DNA from: the human T2T-CHM13v2.0 reference genome, Homo sapiens
Strand: one strand, 5' to 3'
DNA: 64,000 bases
Assembly (NCBI RefSeq): GCF_009914755.1
Contig: NC_060944.1
The stretch's first letter is position 1, and the number at the start of each line of letters is the position of its first letter. The position numbers and the translations under genes are program-made. Below are positions 33,134 to 47,795 of this stretch, piece after piece. A model generated the notes under the pieces. The model made no database searches. It saw only the letters and a list, made by a program, of their open reading frames with translations, and was not told the origin of the DNA.

Positions 33134-33445
33134 TTTTTTTTTTTTTTTTTTAAAGAGACAGGGTCTCGTTCTGTTGCCCAGGCTGGAGTGCATTGGCGCA
33201 ATCATAGCTCACTGTAACCTCAAACTCCTGGTCTCAAGCAATCCTCTCGCCTCAGCCTCCCAAATAGCTATGACTACAGGTGTGCACCACCATGCCTGGC
33301 TAATTAAAAAAAAATTTTTTTTTTTTTGTAGAGACAGGGTCTTACTATGTTGCCTAGGCTGATCTCAAACTCCTGGCCTCAAGCGAACCTCCTGCTTTGG
33401 CCTCCCAAAGTGCTGGGATTGTAGGTGTGAGCCACCACGGCCAGC
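33134..33445 (-). mobile_element. Alu (J-type)
   Basis: Antisense dimer. Confidence 0.92.
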
Positions 33446-33639
33446 CAGAAGTGATTTGGATTTGACCCACTCTGAAGTCCCTGAACTCCATCTTCCTCAT
33501 ATGGATTTAGAGAAGGTTAATTCAAACTTCAGGTGCTAACTTGAATTTTGAAGCCCATGGCCCCACAGAAAGATCTGGGAGAATAGTTTCTCCCTCCCTG
33601 CCTTATCTTCTCTTCCCTGAGTTACTGGTCTCTCTGAGA

Positions 33640-34310
33640 AATGGCATCTCCACCACCTGGTTGCCCCAGCCAGGAACTTGGAACTTATTCCTGACTCAGT
33701 CTCCATTTCCTTCTGTTGTACATTCAAACAGGTGATACAGGCCCATGGTCTTCCCTCTTGGTATCTCTCAAGTTCACCCTCTCCTGGTCAGCCCCTCTGC
33801 TGTGGCCTCAGTTCAGGCTCTTGAAATCCACACCCTCTGGATTATTGCAGTGGTTGCCAGCCCCTTCTCCCCACAGCAGCCAGAGGGATCTTTCTGAAAT
33901 GTAAATCTGATCACGTTCCTGTCCTGCTTTGAATCTTTCAATGGCTTCCTGCTAACCCTGGGATAGATTCCAGCAGCTCCTTAACAAGACATCCAAGTCT
34001 GTCCTTGAGTTTCTCTCTTTAGCTTTTATCTTTCCTTGTTCCCTCCCCTATTTTCTCATGCCTCTCTTTTCCTGCTGCTTGGATATATTCCTCTGGGCTC
34101 TCTCCTACCATCCTTTAAAATGCATGATAACCCCAAAGGTTAGTTTCCCCCCTCTAGGCATCCACAGTAAGTGTCCTGTGCTGACCTCTGTCATGTATTA
34201 CATTGTCCATATCTGCTGGCCTGTGAATTCCTTCAGCCTTGGGACTGTATCATTTTTGTCCCTAGTTCCCTAGCAGGGTATCATGAGCAAAGTGTAATTC
34301 CTGGTACAGT
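33640..34310 (+). mobile_element. L2 fragment
   Basis: cacagcagccagagggatctttctgaaatgtaaatctgatcacgtt...ttcaatggcttcc. Confidence 0.7.
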
Positions 34311-34669
34311 AGAATGAGCAAAGGAATTGCCTGTTTCATCTAAGCCGTTGCATCCTTTGTAGTATTGGTATGAAGTTGCTTCATCTTTTCTAGTATTGTC
34401 ATGAAGTTGTTCATAATATCCCCTTTTTATCCTTTTAATATTCCTGGAGTCTGTAGTGATATCACATTTATCATTCTCGATACCAGTAATCTTTTTTTCC
34501 TGGTCAGTCTGGCTAGAAGTTCAATCTTGTTGAACTTCTCGAAGAGCCAGAATTTTATTTCATTGACCTTCTTTCTCTTTTGTTTCTTTTTTGTCTTTTA
34601 TTGATTTTTCACTTCGATCTTTATTCCCTTTCTTCTGCTTACTTTGGATTTTGTTTGCCCTTTATTTGT

Positions 34670-34890
34670 ATTTGTATTTTTTTTTGGAGACAGGTTATCA
34701 CTCTCTCACCTAGGCTGGAGTGCAGTGGCACAATCATAGCTTACTGCAGCCTCAAACTCCTGGGCTCAAGTGATCTTCCTTGCCTCAGCTTCTCAAGTAG
34801 CTGGGGCAGTACAGGTGCCTGCCACCGACTAATTTTTGAAAAAAATTTTTAATAGAAATAAGGTCTTGCCACATTGCTCAGTCCCAAGCT
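34670..34890 (-). mobile_element. Alu (J-type), partial
   Basis: Right arm plus truncated left arm. Confidence 0.85.
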
Positions 34891-35149
34891 GGTCTTTTTC
34901 TAGCTTGTTAAGGTGGAAGCTGAGGTCCATTTGAGATTGTTCTTTTCTAGTGTAGGCTTTTAGTTCCCTTAAGGTACCACATTGGTGGCATCCCACAAAT
35001 TTTGATATGTTGTGTTTTTATTTTCATTCAGTTCAAAATACTTTCTGATTTCCCATTTCATTTCTTCTTTGACCTACGGCTTATTTAGAAGTATATTATT
35101 TAGTTCCTAAATGTGTGGGGATTTAACAGATTTTCTGTTCGTGATTCCT

Positions 35150-35469
<320 letters not shown>

Positions 35470-36019
35470 TAAATTCCATCCCAGGTGATAGAAGTAATGA
35501 GATTCTTTAAAAATATTGCTCCACTGTCTTCTTGCTAGCATCGTTTTCTATGAGAAATCTTTGTCATCTTTATTTCAGTATATGTAATGTATATTTTTTT
35601 CTTTGTCTGCTCTTAACATTTTATTACTGATTTTGAGCACTTTTAATATGATGTGCTTTGGTATATGTGGTCTTCTTCAAGTTTCTTAAGCTCCAGGGTC
35701 ATTGAGCTTCTTGTATCTGTGGGTTTAAAGTTTTCATCAAAGTGGAAAATTTTTGGCCGTTATTTCTTGAAATGTTTATTCACCTGCCCTCCTCCTTTGG
35801 GGACTCCAGTTACATGTATATAGGTTACCTGAAGTTATCCCACACCTCACTGCTGCTCTGCTGATGTTTAAAATTATTTTTTCTCTCTGTATTTCATTTT
35901 GGATAGTTTTTATTGCTATTCAAGTTTACAAATCTTTTCATCAATGAAGTGTCTGATCTGCTGTTCATCCATGTAATAATTTTAATCTCTAGAAGCTCGA
36001 TGTAGGTGTTTAAAAAGAT

Positions 36020-36424
36020 TATCTTAGTCTATTTGTGTTGCTATTAAAGAAATACCAGAGGCTGGGGTATGTATAAAGAAAAGAGGTTTATTTGGCTCAC
36101 AGTTCTGCAGGCTGTATAAGAAGCATGGTGCCAGCATCTGCTGCTGGCGAGGGCTCAGGCTGCATCCACTCATGGTGGAAGGCGAAGGGGAGCTTATGTG
36201 TGTGGCGAGAGAGAGAGGAGGAGGTGCCAGGCTCTTTTTAACAACCAGCTCTTTCGGGAACTGAATAAGAACTCACTTACTCCTGGAGAATGGCATTAAG
36301 CCATTCCTGAGGGATCCGCCCCCATGATCCAGATGCCTCTCACTAGGCCCCACCTCTGACATTGGTGATGAAATATCAACACGAGACTTGGCAGGGTCAA
36401 ACAAACCGTATCCAAACCATAGCA
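36020..36424 (-). mobile_element. MST-type MaLR solo LTR inserted in an old L1
   Basis: tatcttagtc...gaggtttatttggctcacagttctgcaggctg...atccaaaccatagca; TSD aagat/aatat. Confidence 0.85.
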
Positions 36425-37476
36425 AATATCTTCCCTGTTTCTCCTTCGCTTTTTAAGCATATAGACTATAGTTATAACTGTTTTCATCTCTTTGCTAATT
36501 TTGACATCTGTGTTAGTTTGGGTTACTTGGAATTTGTTGATTTTACTCTGCATCATGGGTGTTATTTACCCATTTCTTTGCATAAATGGTAGATTTTGAT
36601 TAGATGTCAAATGTAAATTTTGCCTTGTTGGGTACTGAATATTTCTGTCGTCCTATATTCTTTATGTTTTGGGGGCACAAGTTTTTGGTAACAATTTGCC
36701 TTTTGGGTCTTGGGTCTAAGAATTATTAGGCAGGCCCAGAGCAGTGTTTATCTAGTATAGAGCTAGTTAATCCCTACTATTAAGACAAGGCCCTCCTGAA
36801 GGCCCTCCAAGAAGAATTATGAGGCTTTTCTAATCTAGCTGAGGAAGAGGCACTATGACTGGCCCCATGTGAGTACTTAATATTATTTATTCTCTGTCAT
36901 CCTTTTGAGTGGTTCTTTCCCTGGCCTTAGATAGCTTTTTCACACATGGGTGCTGATCAGTATTCTGCTGAATACTTGAGGAGGACCCTCCGTGGCTCTC
37001 CAGGGTTTTCTCTCTCCATGCAGCTCTCTCCTCAGGTACTCTCATGAACTCCAGCTGCGTTGGTCTCCCCAGACTCTCAGCTCTATCTCATTAATTCAGG
37101 AAGTTGCTGGGCTCTGCCTGGGTTTTCCTTGCCTGCTCCTTGGCCTGGAAACTCTCAGCAATCAACTGGGTGTGATCGTAGGGTTCAACTTGGATCACTG
37201 TCCTTTTTTGCTTGATGTCCAGTGTCTCAAAAACTGTTAATTCATTTCTCTTGGGCTACGGATAAATCTAGTCCCTGCCATCCTGTCTTGGCTAGAAGCA
37301 GAAGGAAGAGTCTGGATTTGAATCCTGACTCTGCTGGTTGGTTATTCACAAGCTTTGAGATAATCTCTCCGGGCCTCAAATCTCTTCATCTGTAAAATTG
37401 GCTAGTAAGACGAATTCCTTATTGTCAGGATTAAATACAAGAATAAAATACGAGGCTCAGAACAGGTGTTAGTTCA

Positions 37477-37761
<285 letters not shown>

Positions 37762-38769
37762 TCAACCATTAGGAATTGAGAAGAGGGAAGGATCTAGGAA
37801 AAAAAAAAACCTCAAGAAGGAATGGCCTCTGGGGCAAGGGAGCCAGGCTAGGGGATCCCTCAAGGCTGACAGGAGAGAGGAATTTCAGAGAGAGGAGGGA
37901 GGCAGTGCCAGAACTTGTAAGGAGACGGAGGGTGAAGGTGTCTGTGTTCACATTCTAACTATAGTTACCTTTGCTTCCTGAGTGACATTTGTGGCTCACA
38001 TTGGATCTGAGTGCTACTTCCTCTGCCCAGTTGAAGCAGCTTAATTCAGAGGCTAAAGGGAGTTTCTGATCTTTCTAACTCAGTTTGTGAAGCCAGTTAA
38101 AATAAGAAAGACTGCTTATTTCATTGGGCAGGAAAAACTTGATTATGTGAAGCAGTCAGGAAATGGAGCATATGGATGTTAATTACATTTTCTGGATCAC
38201 ACAAGATCAACCAGAAAGAGCCTTTTGTGTTTGTTTCAATCCTGTTATTGGAAATCTCAGAACTATATGGGTTCACCTATTGTTAGAGCTCAAGGAAGAC
38301 CTAGAGAGAGCACCTAATCCGCCCTTCTTGTGTCCTTGATGAGGAGTCTGAGGCCCTAGGAAATGAGGGGACTTGCTCAGTGACATACTTTAGTCATGGC
38401 AGAGTTGGAACTAGAAGCCAGATTCGGAATCACAGGACCCGTGTTGCAGGTTGTGTCTAGATACAAGTCTCCTGTTCGGGCACCTGGCTTGGATTCCTCC
38501 TTGTCAAGTACCTTTAACTTTGTTACTTTGAGGAGGTTGTTGAACCTTTATGACATCAGTTGCCTATCTTTAACTTGAACACAGCCTTAACTGCCTGAAG
38601 GCAAGGGATTATATCAGATAACTCCTAGCAGTTTCCTCCGGATGTAAGATTAGTGTCAGGTGTTACAGGGACTGGTCAGGACATGTAAATGAGTAATGTG
38701 TCCAGGTAGAAGTTGGTGGGCAGTGGTGGGCTCTGAGACAGACTGGAAAGTGTGTGCCCCTTCCAAAAG

Positions 38770-38980
38770 GGATGGCTGCTGCTCTGCTCTAGTGGATCGT
38801 TGCTAGGTGGCAGTGTGGGCTCAGTGTTGCCAGATACTCCATCTTTACAAAAGGAAGCCAAAAATCTGGATTTTTATGTGTAATATGTAATATTCAAATT
38901 TACGTATTAAGACACGACTTAAGACATGGGACAAATGAAGACATATCTGTGGGCTGCATGGGTGCTCAGTTTTAGCCTCT
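38770..38980. mobile_element. MER103-like hAT element
   Basis: cagtgttgccagata...gaagccaaaaatctggatttttatgtg...acatatctgtgggctg. Confidence 0.55.
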
Positions 38981-40149
38981 GATCGCTGTTTAAATGAAAT
39001 TCTGCAGCCTGGCTGGTGTCTAGGAAAGAACTTTGGCCTTGGATTGCAGGGCACAGGCTGAATGACTATGGCCCTCACTAACCAGGGGGAGGTCACTTTC
39101 CTTCCCAGTATCCTGGTTTCCCCCTCCTGGCTCTGAGTTATCTTGATCACCAAGAGCTACTCCAGGGCTGCCTGCTGGGTCTAGGAAGTGAAACCCCTTC
39201 TCTTCCTGATCAGCTGCCCTTTGGGGAGCAGGAGGAGGCAGCCCAGATAGGCCTTGCAGGGTTCCCTTTGGTGACCCTGACTCCCGTGGCCATTTCTCTC
39301 CTTCCTTATGCCCTGGGCCACGCCTGCTGACCCAGTCTGGAATAATCTGCTGCTTACTTTGGGTCTCTGCTACTTCCCTCCAGGTATAGTCACGGGGGAG
39401 GTCCTAGGCTCATTGTCCCTAATAATAATCCCCTGACCCTTTGGTTTTAGGGTTCTAGCAATTCCAGTGTGGGTTGACACAGGAAAAAAGTGGGCAAGTG
39501 ACAGAGGTTCTTGTAGCTTTGGTCCCTGGGTCCTCCAGAATGTGGAGGAAAGGCTGTCTTAGGACCTGGGAAAAGATCTGGAAGCCATTATAGGGTGAGA
39601 GGACGGGGGCACCCACAAATGAGGAAATGGCAGGGTCAAGTTGGGCGTTATGGAGTGCCCCTCCCTTCTCCCTGTCTCAGTGCTGTTAGGGGCACAAAGA
39701 TGGAGGTTCCACCCTGGAGGAGCTTATGGTTTAGGGTAGACGTGAGGGAAGAAGACATTTATTCTTTAAAACAGAAAAAAAGCTCACAGCAAACTTTCCA
39801 GCTATGTAGAGTCATCGACCTAAGTGTAGAGAGGATGGTAATAATGGTTGGATTTTTATCCCATGTGTTTTTAACCAATTTAAAATCTACTAGAAAAAAA
39901 ATTTTTTTCCAGGTAGAGGTTTTTACTGCATACCATCTGGACTGTCGCTAGTGGACAGTTTGTGGGCAGAACAGGCAGCCCGCTGAATGCCCTTGGTGCC
40001 AGACTGCTGCTAACTTGTGGGGTCCATGGGGAGGGGAAGGCCTTCAGGGCTTTCAGATCCCCAGGCTCAGGCAGAAGCAGGCCCAGCTGCCTGCTTGGTG
40101 CGGGGTAGACGCTCTTCTGCAAAGAAAGAACATGCCCTTTGCAGATAGG

Positions 40150-40380
40150 CAGCTTGGCTTTGATCCCAGGCCTGCCACTGCCTAACTGTATGACTTGGGC
40201 AGGTGATAAACTCTTTGAGCCTCAATACCCTGGCCTTTCAAGTGGTACAGTAACAGTACCTACCTCATAGATAGGTTGTTGGGAAGAACTAGTGAGCATG
40301 GAAAGTATCAATTTTTCATTGCCATGAAAGCACCAATCATGGCACCCAGGAAGCTTCTCATAAATGTTAGCTGCTGTTAT
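40150..40380 (+). mobile_element. MIR (other MIR pieces near 7170, 15450, 18310, 24530, 28540, 30320, 37310, 41150, 60150)
   Basis: ctgtatgacttgggcagg...ctctttgagcctcaa...taacagtacctacctcatag. Confidence 0.7.
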
Positions 40381-40440
40381 ATATTAACTTTTTCTCCACC
40401 ATGCCATAACTGTATACTCTTTCTTAGACATACTGGGCTA

Positions 40441-40773
<333 letters not shown>

Positions 40774-42621
40774 TTAGGGTAGTGGTTTCACCCCCATCTT
40801 GCATCTGACAAACATGTTCAGAGATGTGAAATAACTTACCTGACACCCACCTTCAGGGCTGGGATTCTGGCCTGGTCTACTGATACCAAGCCTCATATTC
40901 TTTTCTTTGTGCCCCAGTGCTGGCCAGCATCAGCCAAGGGCAGGGGTTGATGAAGCTGGCATTGGCCAAATGATCAGGTGGTTTTAAATTGGTTTCTCCC
41001 AAGCTGTGTTTTACAGATGTTGGTGTGTGTCTTGTTGGTTTTTCTTGTCTTTTCTTTCCTTTCTTTTTTTTGGTGAGCCAGTTAGGTGTCGGTGTTTTCT
41101 TCCTATCAAAATAGGATCTGGGAAGTCCTGCAGTAAGTAATACCAGTGACCAACATTTACATGTCATGCCCTGTGCCAGGTGCTTTACATACATACTTCA
41201 TTTTAATCCTCACAATAACCCTATGAGGTGCGTGTTGTTATCATGAGGGTTATTAGTGAGATTAAGTAATCTACTTGATGGTGGAGGTGAAACTGGAAGC
41301 TAGACAACTGGACTCCCTAAATGACCGTTGTAACTTGATGTGATCCAGCATTTCCTAAGCTTGTTTGACTGCAGAGTGTGTTTTATCATGCCTTTTACGG
41401 AACACACTTTGTTTGTATTGTTTAAATGATTTGGAGCGTTTGATATTCTGTTAGGTTGTTAGTTGTGGGGCTTATTTCTTTCATCTTTGTCCCTTTCAAA
41501 CAGATAAGGGGCTTCTTTCTTTCTGTCTAGAATTTTCCCTTGCAGTGAGTACTGTACTCCCTATGTGTTTGCTGATGAAGTCAGCAGGGTTTCAGACTCT
41601 GATTTCCTGGTCATACACAAGTACTTATTTTACCATCTCTAAATGGAGTGCATTAGCTCCAGGCCAGGGAGAGCAAATTAGAGGAACAGGGAGATACATC
41701 ACAGAGAAGGAGGCTGCTCTGGAAAAAGCTGTCTGCACCTCTAGCCTGAACTCTCCAGCTGTGTGGGAATAAATACAGCAATGTCAGGGACAGCGTTCCA
41801 AGGCTTTTGCAGGATGAGGCCCTTGTCCTGCAGGTGAGCCTGCGACAGTGTCAGAGCAACGATGGACACAAAACAGCCTCTGTCTGGGCTTCCAATATGC
41901 ATTTGGTGCATTTTGGTTTCTGATAACTTTCTGTTTGCCCATGCTGTCCCAGGCACCCTCACACAGGGTAGAGAAATGAGAGCCTAGCCTTGCCCTGCCT
42001 TCTGAAACTGCAGGTGTATCAACAGCACTCATTAGGGGAAGGTATTCTTGAACCAGCCCGATTAGCACCTCTTTCCCATTCTTTTTTCCCCCCCTTCTAT
42101 CTGGGGACTTAGGAGAGCAAACCAGGTAGCTTTTTGGTTCTTTCATGTGTCAGCATGAGCTTTAAAATGGAGTTTATCAAGGGCAGAGTTTGGAAACTGG
42201 ATGGAAGAACATTAGGCAGACTGTTTTCCTTATGGCACGGGGAACTGCTGATTTATTTGTAGCAACTAAATTTGGAGACAACAGACTTGAGGTGGTGGAA
42301 AGAGTCCTGGGCTGGAAACCTGGGTACTAGTCCTGGTTCTTTCTCTGTCTCACTGTGCACTGCGGGGTCCTGGCAAGCTGTGCCGCCTGTTCTGGACATC
42401 ATTTTTCTCAGTTATCTAATGAGGGGTTGGTCTTCGTTATCTCCAAGAGCTCCTCAAGCCCCCTCTATTCTTGATGCCATGATCGTAACTCTTACTTAGT
42501 CAAAGTTTGGTGGGATCTCTAATGCCATGTGGTACAAGGATGGTCACTGATAACCATCTTTACAGGAGAATGGGTTTCTTTGACACTGGTGGTTAACTGT
42601 GTTGTTTTGACTTTGGGTCAC

Positions 42622-42669
42622 CCGAGATCAGACAAGATTGGGCATGTTCAGGGTGGTATGGCCGTAGAC
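42622..42669 (-). pseudogene. 5S rRNA 5'-fragment retropseudogene (nt ~1-48, tailless) with 13-bp TSD
   Basis: Reverse complement GTCTACGGCCATACCACCCTGAACATGCCCAATCTTGTCTGATCTCGG matches the 5' end of human 5S rRNA with 4 CpG-type transitions; flanks ttgactttgggtc (42607-42619) and ttgattttgggtc (42670-42682). Confidence 0.93.
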
Positions 42670-45119
42670 TTGATTTTGGGTCTTTTCTTGCCCATACACA
42701 CAGGGCAGATGACAGATCACAGATGACACCCCCATCACTTCCTCCGTCCAGCAGAGCAACCAGTGGCTTCAGGGCCAGGCATAGTTCTCCTGGCTAAGGG
42801 CACCCTGAATATCTGAGTTTATTCACTGGCAGAATGAGCCAGGAGGAGCTATCTGAGTGATTGCTGGAGGCAGGCAAAGTGGGGCCCCCTCAGCCTTGCT
42901 CGGCTCCCTGCCTGCCAGTAGCCCTACTGGGACCAGGCTGCTGAGGGTTCTTCAGAATGCTCACTTAGGCTGGAGTCCTGGTGTTGCATTTGTGTGTAAG
43001 TGTCCTCAGGACCTCAGGAGTGTGTTCATTTGCTTTGTTGTTCACGCTGAGAGTGGGAAAGCAGCAGCCCTCTTCCCTCCCAGCCCTGTACCTTCTGTTA
43101 GATGACTTCAAATGTAGACTCTGGGGTCTTCAGAAGGACTGTAGACACTGCCATTCGTTTAGTGAGAGCATATTATTGGGCCCTCCTTCCCTCCATGCCT
43201 GAATTTCTCTATACTAGTAATGAGTGTATAGTTATGACTTCTTGGCATCTATTGAGGTGCCCTGGGCTATTTGCCCCTATACTGAACGCCCCCAGATCTG
43301 GGACAGGCAGACTTGCCGTCCTCAGCAGCTTTTCAGAGAAGTCGTGTTTGACTAGGAGAAAGGAACGTCCTGTCTAGTTGTATCGAACTGATGTGTTCTC
43401 TAAAAATGGTTTCTGTAATCACTAGCTGTTGCCTCACAGAAAGGGTTTCCATCCTGGGTGAACGTCTTTTTGACTGGTCTCTGCTTCTTAGGGTATCTGT
43501 TCTGTATCCTTCCTCTAAATAGCTGTTTGGAGGGGCTAATGAAGCAACTGTCTGGAGACCAATGTTTATTTCAACATGGTTGGAGTTGTTTTTGCTTCAG
43601 CTTTCACAGCCAATAAAGCTGGTTATTAGATTCTGTAATTGCTGCTGTAATTACTCTCTTGGAACTGGCAAAGGCATAATTAAATATGGAGATTCCAAGG
43701 ACTGTTTTTTCCCATCTAAAAGCAACCTCTTAAACTTCTATTGGCCTGGCTTAGATTTCAATTGTTAAAGCCATTGTGTTTATAAATGGTGCTGGGGGTT
43801 CTCTGGCAGAAGATGGGTTTCTTTAGACACCTCTTTTTTGAATATTTGATTTAGCTGAACAGCTTCTCTTTAACTCGGTACTTGTTTTTTAATCTAACCA
43901 TCAGGAATCTGGAAAAGTTAAGGCAAAACATTAAGAACCAGTATATATTTAATATTTATGAAAACATTGGGTTGGTTACAGATAGAAGCAAATTTCTGTG
44001 GTCAGAAATAAGGTTGGCATGGAGGAAGTTTTACTAAGTGTAATAGTATTCAAGAAGAATGGCGTTTTACTTGTGGAAGCACTCTAATACCTCTGAGCCT
44101 TTAGTTTGCCCTGTTACACCTCACCACCGGAGCCATGCATTTGTAAGATATAGGAGGTGGTTCAAGTGCTGTGAATATTTGTCTACATCTGTTTCTGCAG
44201 CCCAGATGCTGACCCCATGTCTATTTTCAAGGTAACTTTACTCATGAAGCATGTTTAGGTGTTTCTGTGGGGGAAAATTAATCATGTAGCCTTTCTCTTT
44301 GGAGTTCTAAACTAGTTGAGAAACACAGACAGCAGATGGATCTAGATAAGAAAAATCAACATCCTGGAGAGTTCACTGCGAAGAGGGGAAGAGGCTGTGT
44401 GAACCCTGCAGGCAGGAAGGGGAGTCCTGGGGGGATACCCCGGGACTGTCCCTCATACTGTTTGCTCAGGTCCTATCCCCAGTATGAGAGAGCACACCTT
44501 ACAGCCAGGTGCTTGCGGGAAGTCCCTGTTTTATGGGCCAGGAGGAATGCAGTGGAAAGATGCTGCCAAATGATTGTTCTAGCCTGTGTTTCAGTAAGAC
44601 GTCAATTCTGTGGGTCAGAGGTGCACGGGAGATAAAATATGGGTGGATCCCCCATGAAGAACCCTGGATAGAATACATGAAAACCTTGTAAGACAAATGA
44701 AATTGCAGGTTCAATTTAGTAGATACTAAGCACTTACTGTGTATCAGTCATTGTGCTGGATTGCTGATCTGCAAAGATGAATAATATCAGCATTATTTCA
44801 TTCGGGGTGGGGATGGGCTCTTGGTTTCCTCCCTGGTATATTTGCGTATTTGCTTCCAGATCATTTATTTGGGGGATTTTAGAAGTGGGAGGTGGAGGTC
44901 AGAGGAAGTTAGGGTTGGCATACAAGGAGTCACTGCCAGTGGAAAATATATTGGAGAAAAAGCAGTTCTAAATCTATGATGTTAATAGGGAAATAACTTT
45001 GGTTTTAAATATAAGAATGTAGCTGACTGTATAAAATCAGTTTCATAAGCATTTTACCAAGCTCCTGCTACACTCGGGATGCTGAAAAGCAAGGCAGCTC
45101 TGTCAAAGAGTGTTTGCTC

Positions 45120-45416
45120 TTTTTTTTTTTTTTTGAGATGGAGTCTTGCTCTGTCGCCCAGGCTGGAGTGCAGTGTCGTGATCTCGGTTCTCTACAAGCT
45201 CCGCCTCCTGGGCTCACGCCATTCTCCTGCCTCAGCCTCCCAAGTGGCTCGGACCACAGGCGCCTGCCACCACACCCGGCTAATTTTTTTGTATTTTTAG
45301 TAGAGATGGGGTTTCACCGTGTTAGCCAGGATGGTCTTGATCTCCTGACTTTGTAATCCACCCGCCTTGGCCCCCCAAAGTGCTGGGACTACAGGTGTGA
45401 GCCACCGCGCCCGGCC
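45120..45416 (-). mobile_element. AluY/Sc-type
   Basis: gagtgtttgctctt TSD. Confidence 0.93.
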
Positions 45417-45606
45417 GAGTGTTTGCTCTTATGAACGGTCTCAGAGTCACTTGCTGTCGTTCTGAGACTGTGAGGAAGAGCATAGAGCTGGGAGTTACAC
45501 AGACTACTCCCCTCCTCACTTGGCAGAAGGATGACTTGGGTGAGCTGCATCACCTTTCTGATCCCCAGTCTCCTTGTTCATTTGGGATCTCTGGATGATT
45601 AAATGA

Positions 45607-45993
<387 letters not shown>

Positions 45994-47264
45994 TGAATCT
46001 TAATGATGGGCTGGACTGTGGGTGATGGAGCTGGCTGGAGGGGAGTTGAGAAAGGGGCACCTGTGGGACATTGGCACTTGATCTCGGAAGGATTCACAAT
46101 CACTTGGTGATTAGAGTATGTCTAGGGTATGGCTTTTGTGGAAAAGGAACACAGCACCAAGGAAGTCACAGGAAGCAGGCCTGCAGCCCCACGCCCTGGG
46201 GCACTTACAGGACTCTCCCAGGACCTCTTCCCTCTGACATTACTGATGGCAAAGGCGGTTCTGTAGACCTTGTGCTAGGGCTCCCAGGACTTGGGCTTAT
46301 GGAGAGAATTCTAACGTCTTGCCTCTGCAGGACCGGGCAGGCCATATTAAACCATATGGCAAAGGGAGCTACTGAGGATTTTTCAGCAAAGGAATCGTTG
46401 GATTTGCATTCCCTCTTCTGTGTTCCCACAGTCCCCATGTCACTTCCTGCATGACTGGACGATCCCTCCAGGGCAGTATCCTACCTTTTTCATTAAGTGG
46501 GGGGCATAACATAATGGCAGGGCAGGGACTTTGGGGTTCCATACCTGGTTTAAGTCCCCTCTCTGCCAGTTACCTGGGCTGAGTCACAGGACATCTCTCA
46601 ACCTCAGTTTCCTCATCAACTAACCTTATCATCTAACCTTAAAGGGTTGCTATTTTGAGGCCCTTATGAAGTGAGCATGACTTAGTGCTAACAGAAGATG
46701 AGAGTGAAGGTCTTGAGGATCCCCTGGTGTGACTGCATGATGGGTTTCTTGAAGTCTTGGGCCATTCCAGCCAACATCAGAATCAAGGGAGATTACGGAT
46801 TCAGTGGCTTTTCAGATTTTAATGAGGCACATCTCATTGTTGTTCAGATGTTTTACGAGTTCTCTTTATGTGTGTATGTATGTATTTTGGTCAGCATTTG
46901 TTGGAAAGACTGGCTGGGAGAAGTTTTCTGCTGCTTTTGGAGGAGCTGTGTGCTATACGCAGGCCAAGCCGTTTTCCCTTGGCAAATGGTCCTTAGGACG
47001 GAATCCCAGGCCAACGGGTGTGAGTAGAAGGAGCATGGGACCTATTCATGTGACATATGGAGAAACCACAGCCTCATGGGGGAGGGGGTTTTGACCTCCA
47101 GTCTGCAGGAGATGGCTGTGGTCCAGAACTCCAGGACATGGGGGAGTGTGCATGCTGAGTGCATGTGTGTGTGAGGCTAGTGCTCCTGACCCAGCCCAGT
47201 CCAGCTCAGCCATTTCTTCTGACAGAGTCTGTGCTAAGCCTCCTTCCTAGCTTTTGATGCCCAT

Positions 47265-47795
47265 TGCAGGGGAGCAAAAAATAGCTTCCCTTCTAGTTTC
47301 TTTGGCTGGGCTACAAACTGAATTGATATAAGACAGATTAACAAGAGAAAAACCATATTTAGTTACATATGTACATGTGGAAATCCCACAAAATATGAGA
47401 CTTGAAGAAGAGTCAGATGCTTGAAGCTTATATAGCATCCTGAGCTATAGAAAAGAATAGGGGCTTGGGGGTTGTTGTGGGGGACATAACTTATGGGAGG
47501 GTGAGGGGAAGAATTACTTATGGTGAATAAAGGATGTGTTGTTATGCAGATAAAAGGTCTCTTAGGTAATAAAAGTTGTCTGGAGCAGCCCTCTTCCTGG
47601 CACAGATACTTTTAGTAATGTAGATTTTCTTCTTAGATGTACTGTTTTTTTTTTTAAACAAAGGGACAGCTTTTTGAGCTACTCTAGTTTCTTAGAATAA
47701 CCAGCTCAAAATATGCCAAAGAAGTATATTTTGGGGGTGGTATATTCTGGTCTCCTACAGTCATATTTTGGGGTGGTGTGTCCTGTGCCCCAACA
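47265..47795 (-). mobile_element. ERV1 solo LTR, MER34/MER39-like
   Basis: Minus strand starts TGTTGGGGCACAGGACACACCACCCCAAAATATGACTGTAGGAGACCAGAATATACC and ends CCCCTGCA; 4-bp TSD ccat/tcat. Confidence 0.75.

Noticed and set aside
38800-38815. CTCF-like TTGCTAGGTGGCAGTG
   Set aside because: Lacks the 5' CC of the core and lies within a DNA-transposon remnant; not supportable without ChIP data
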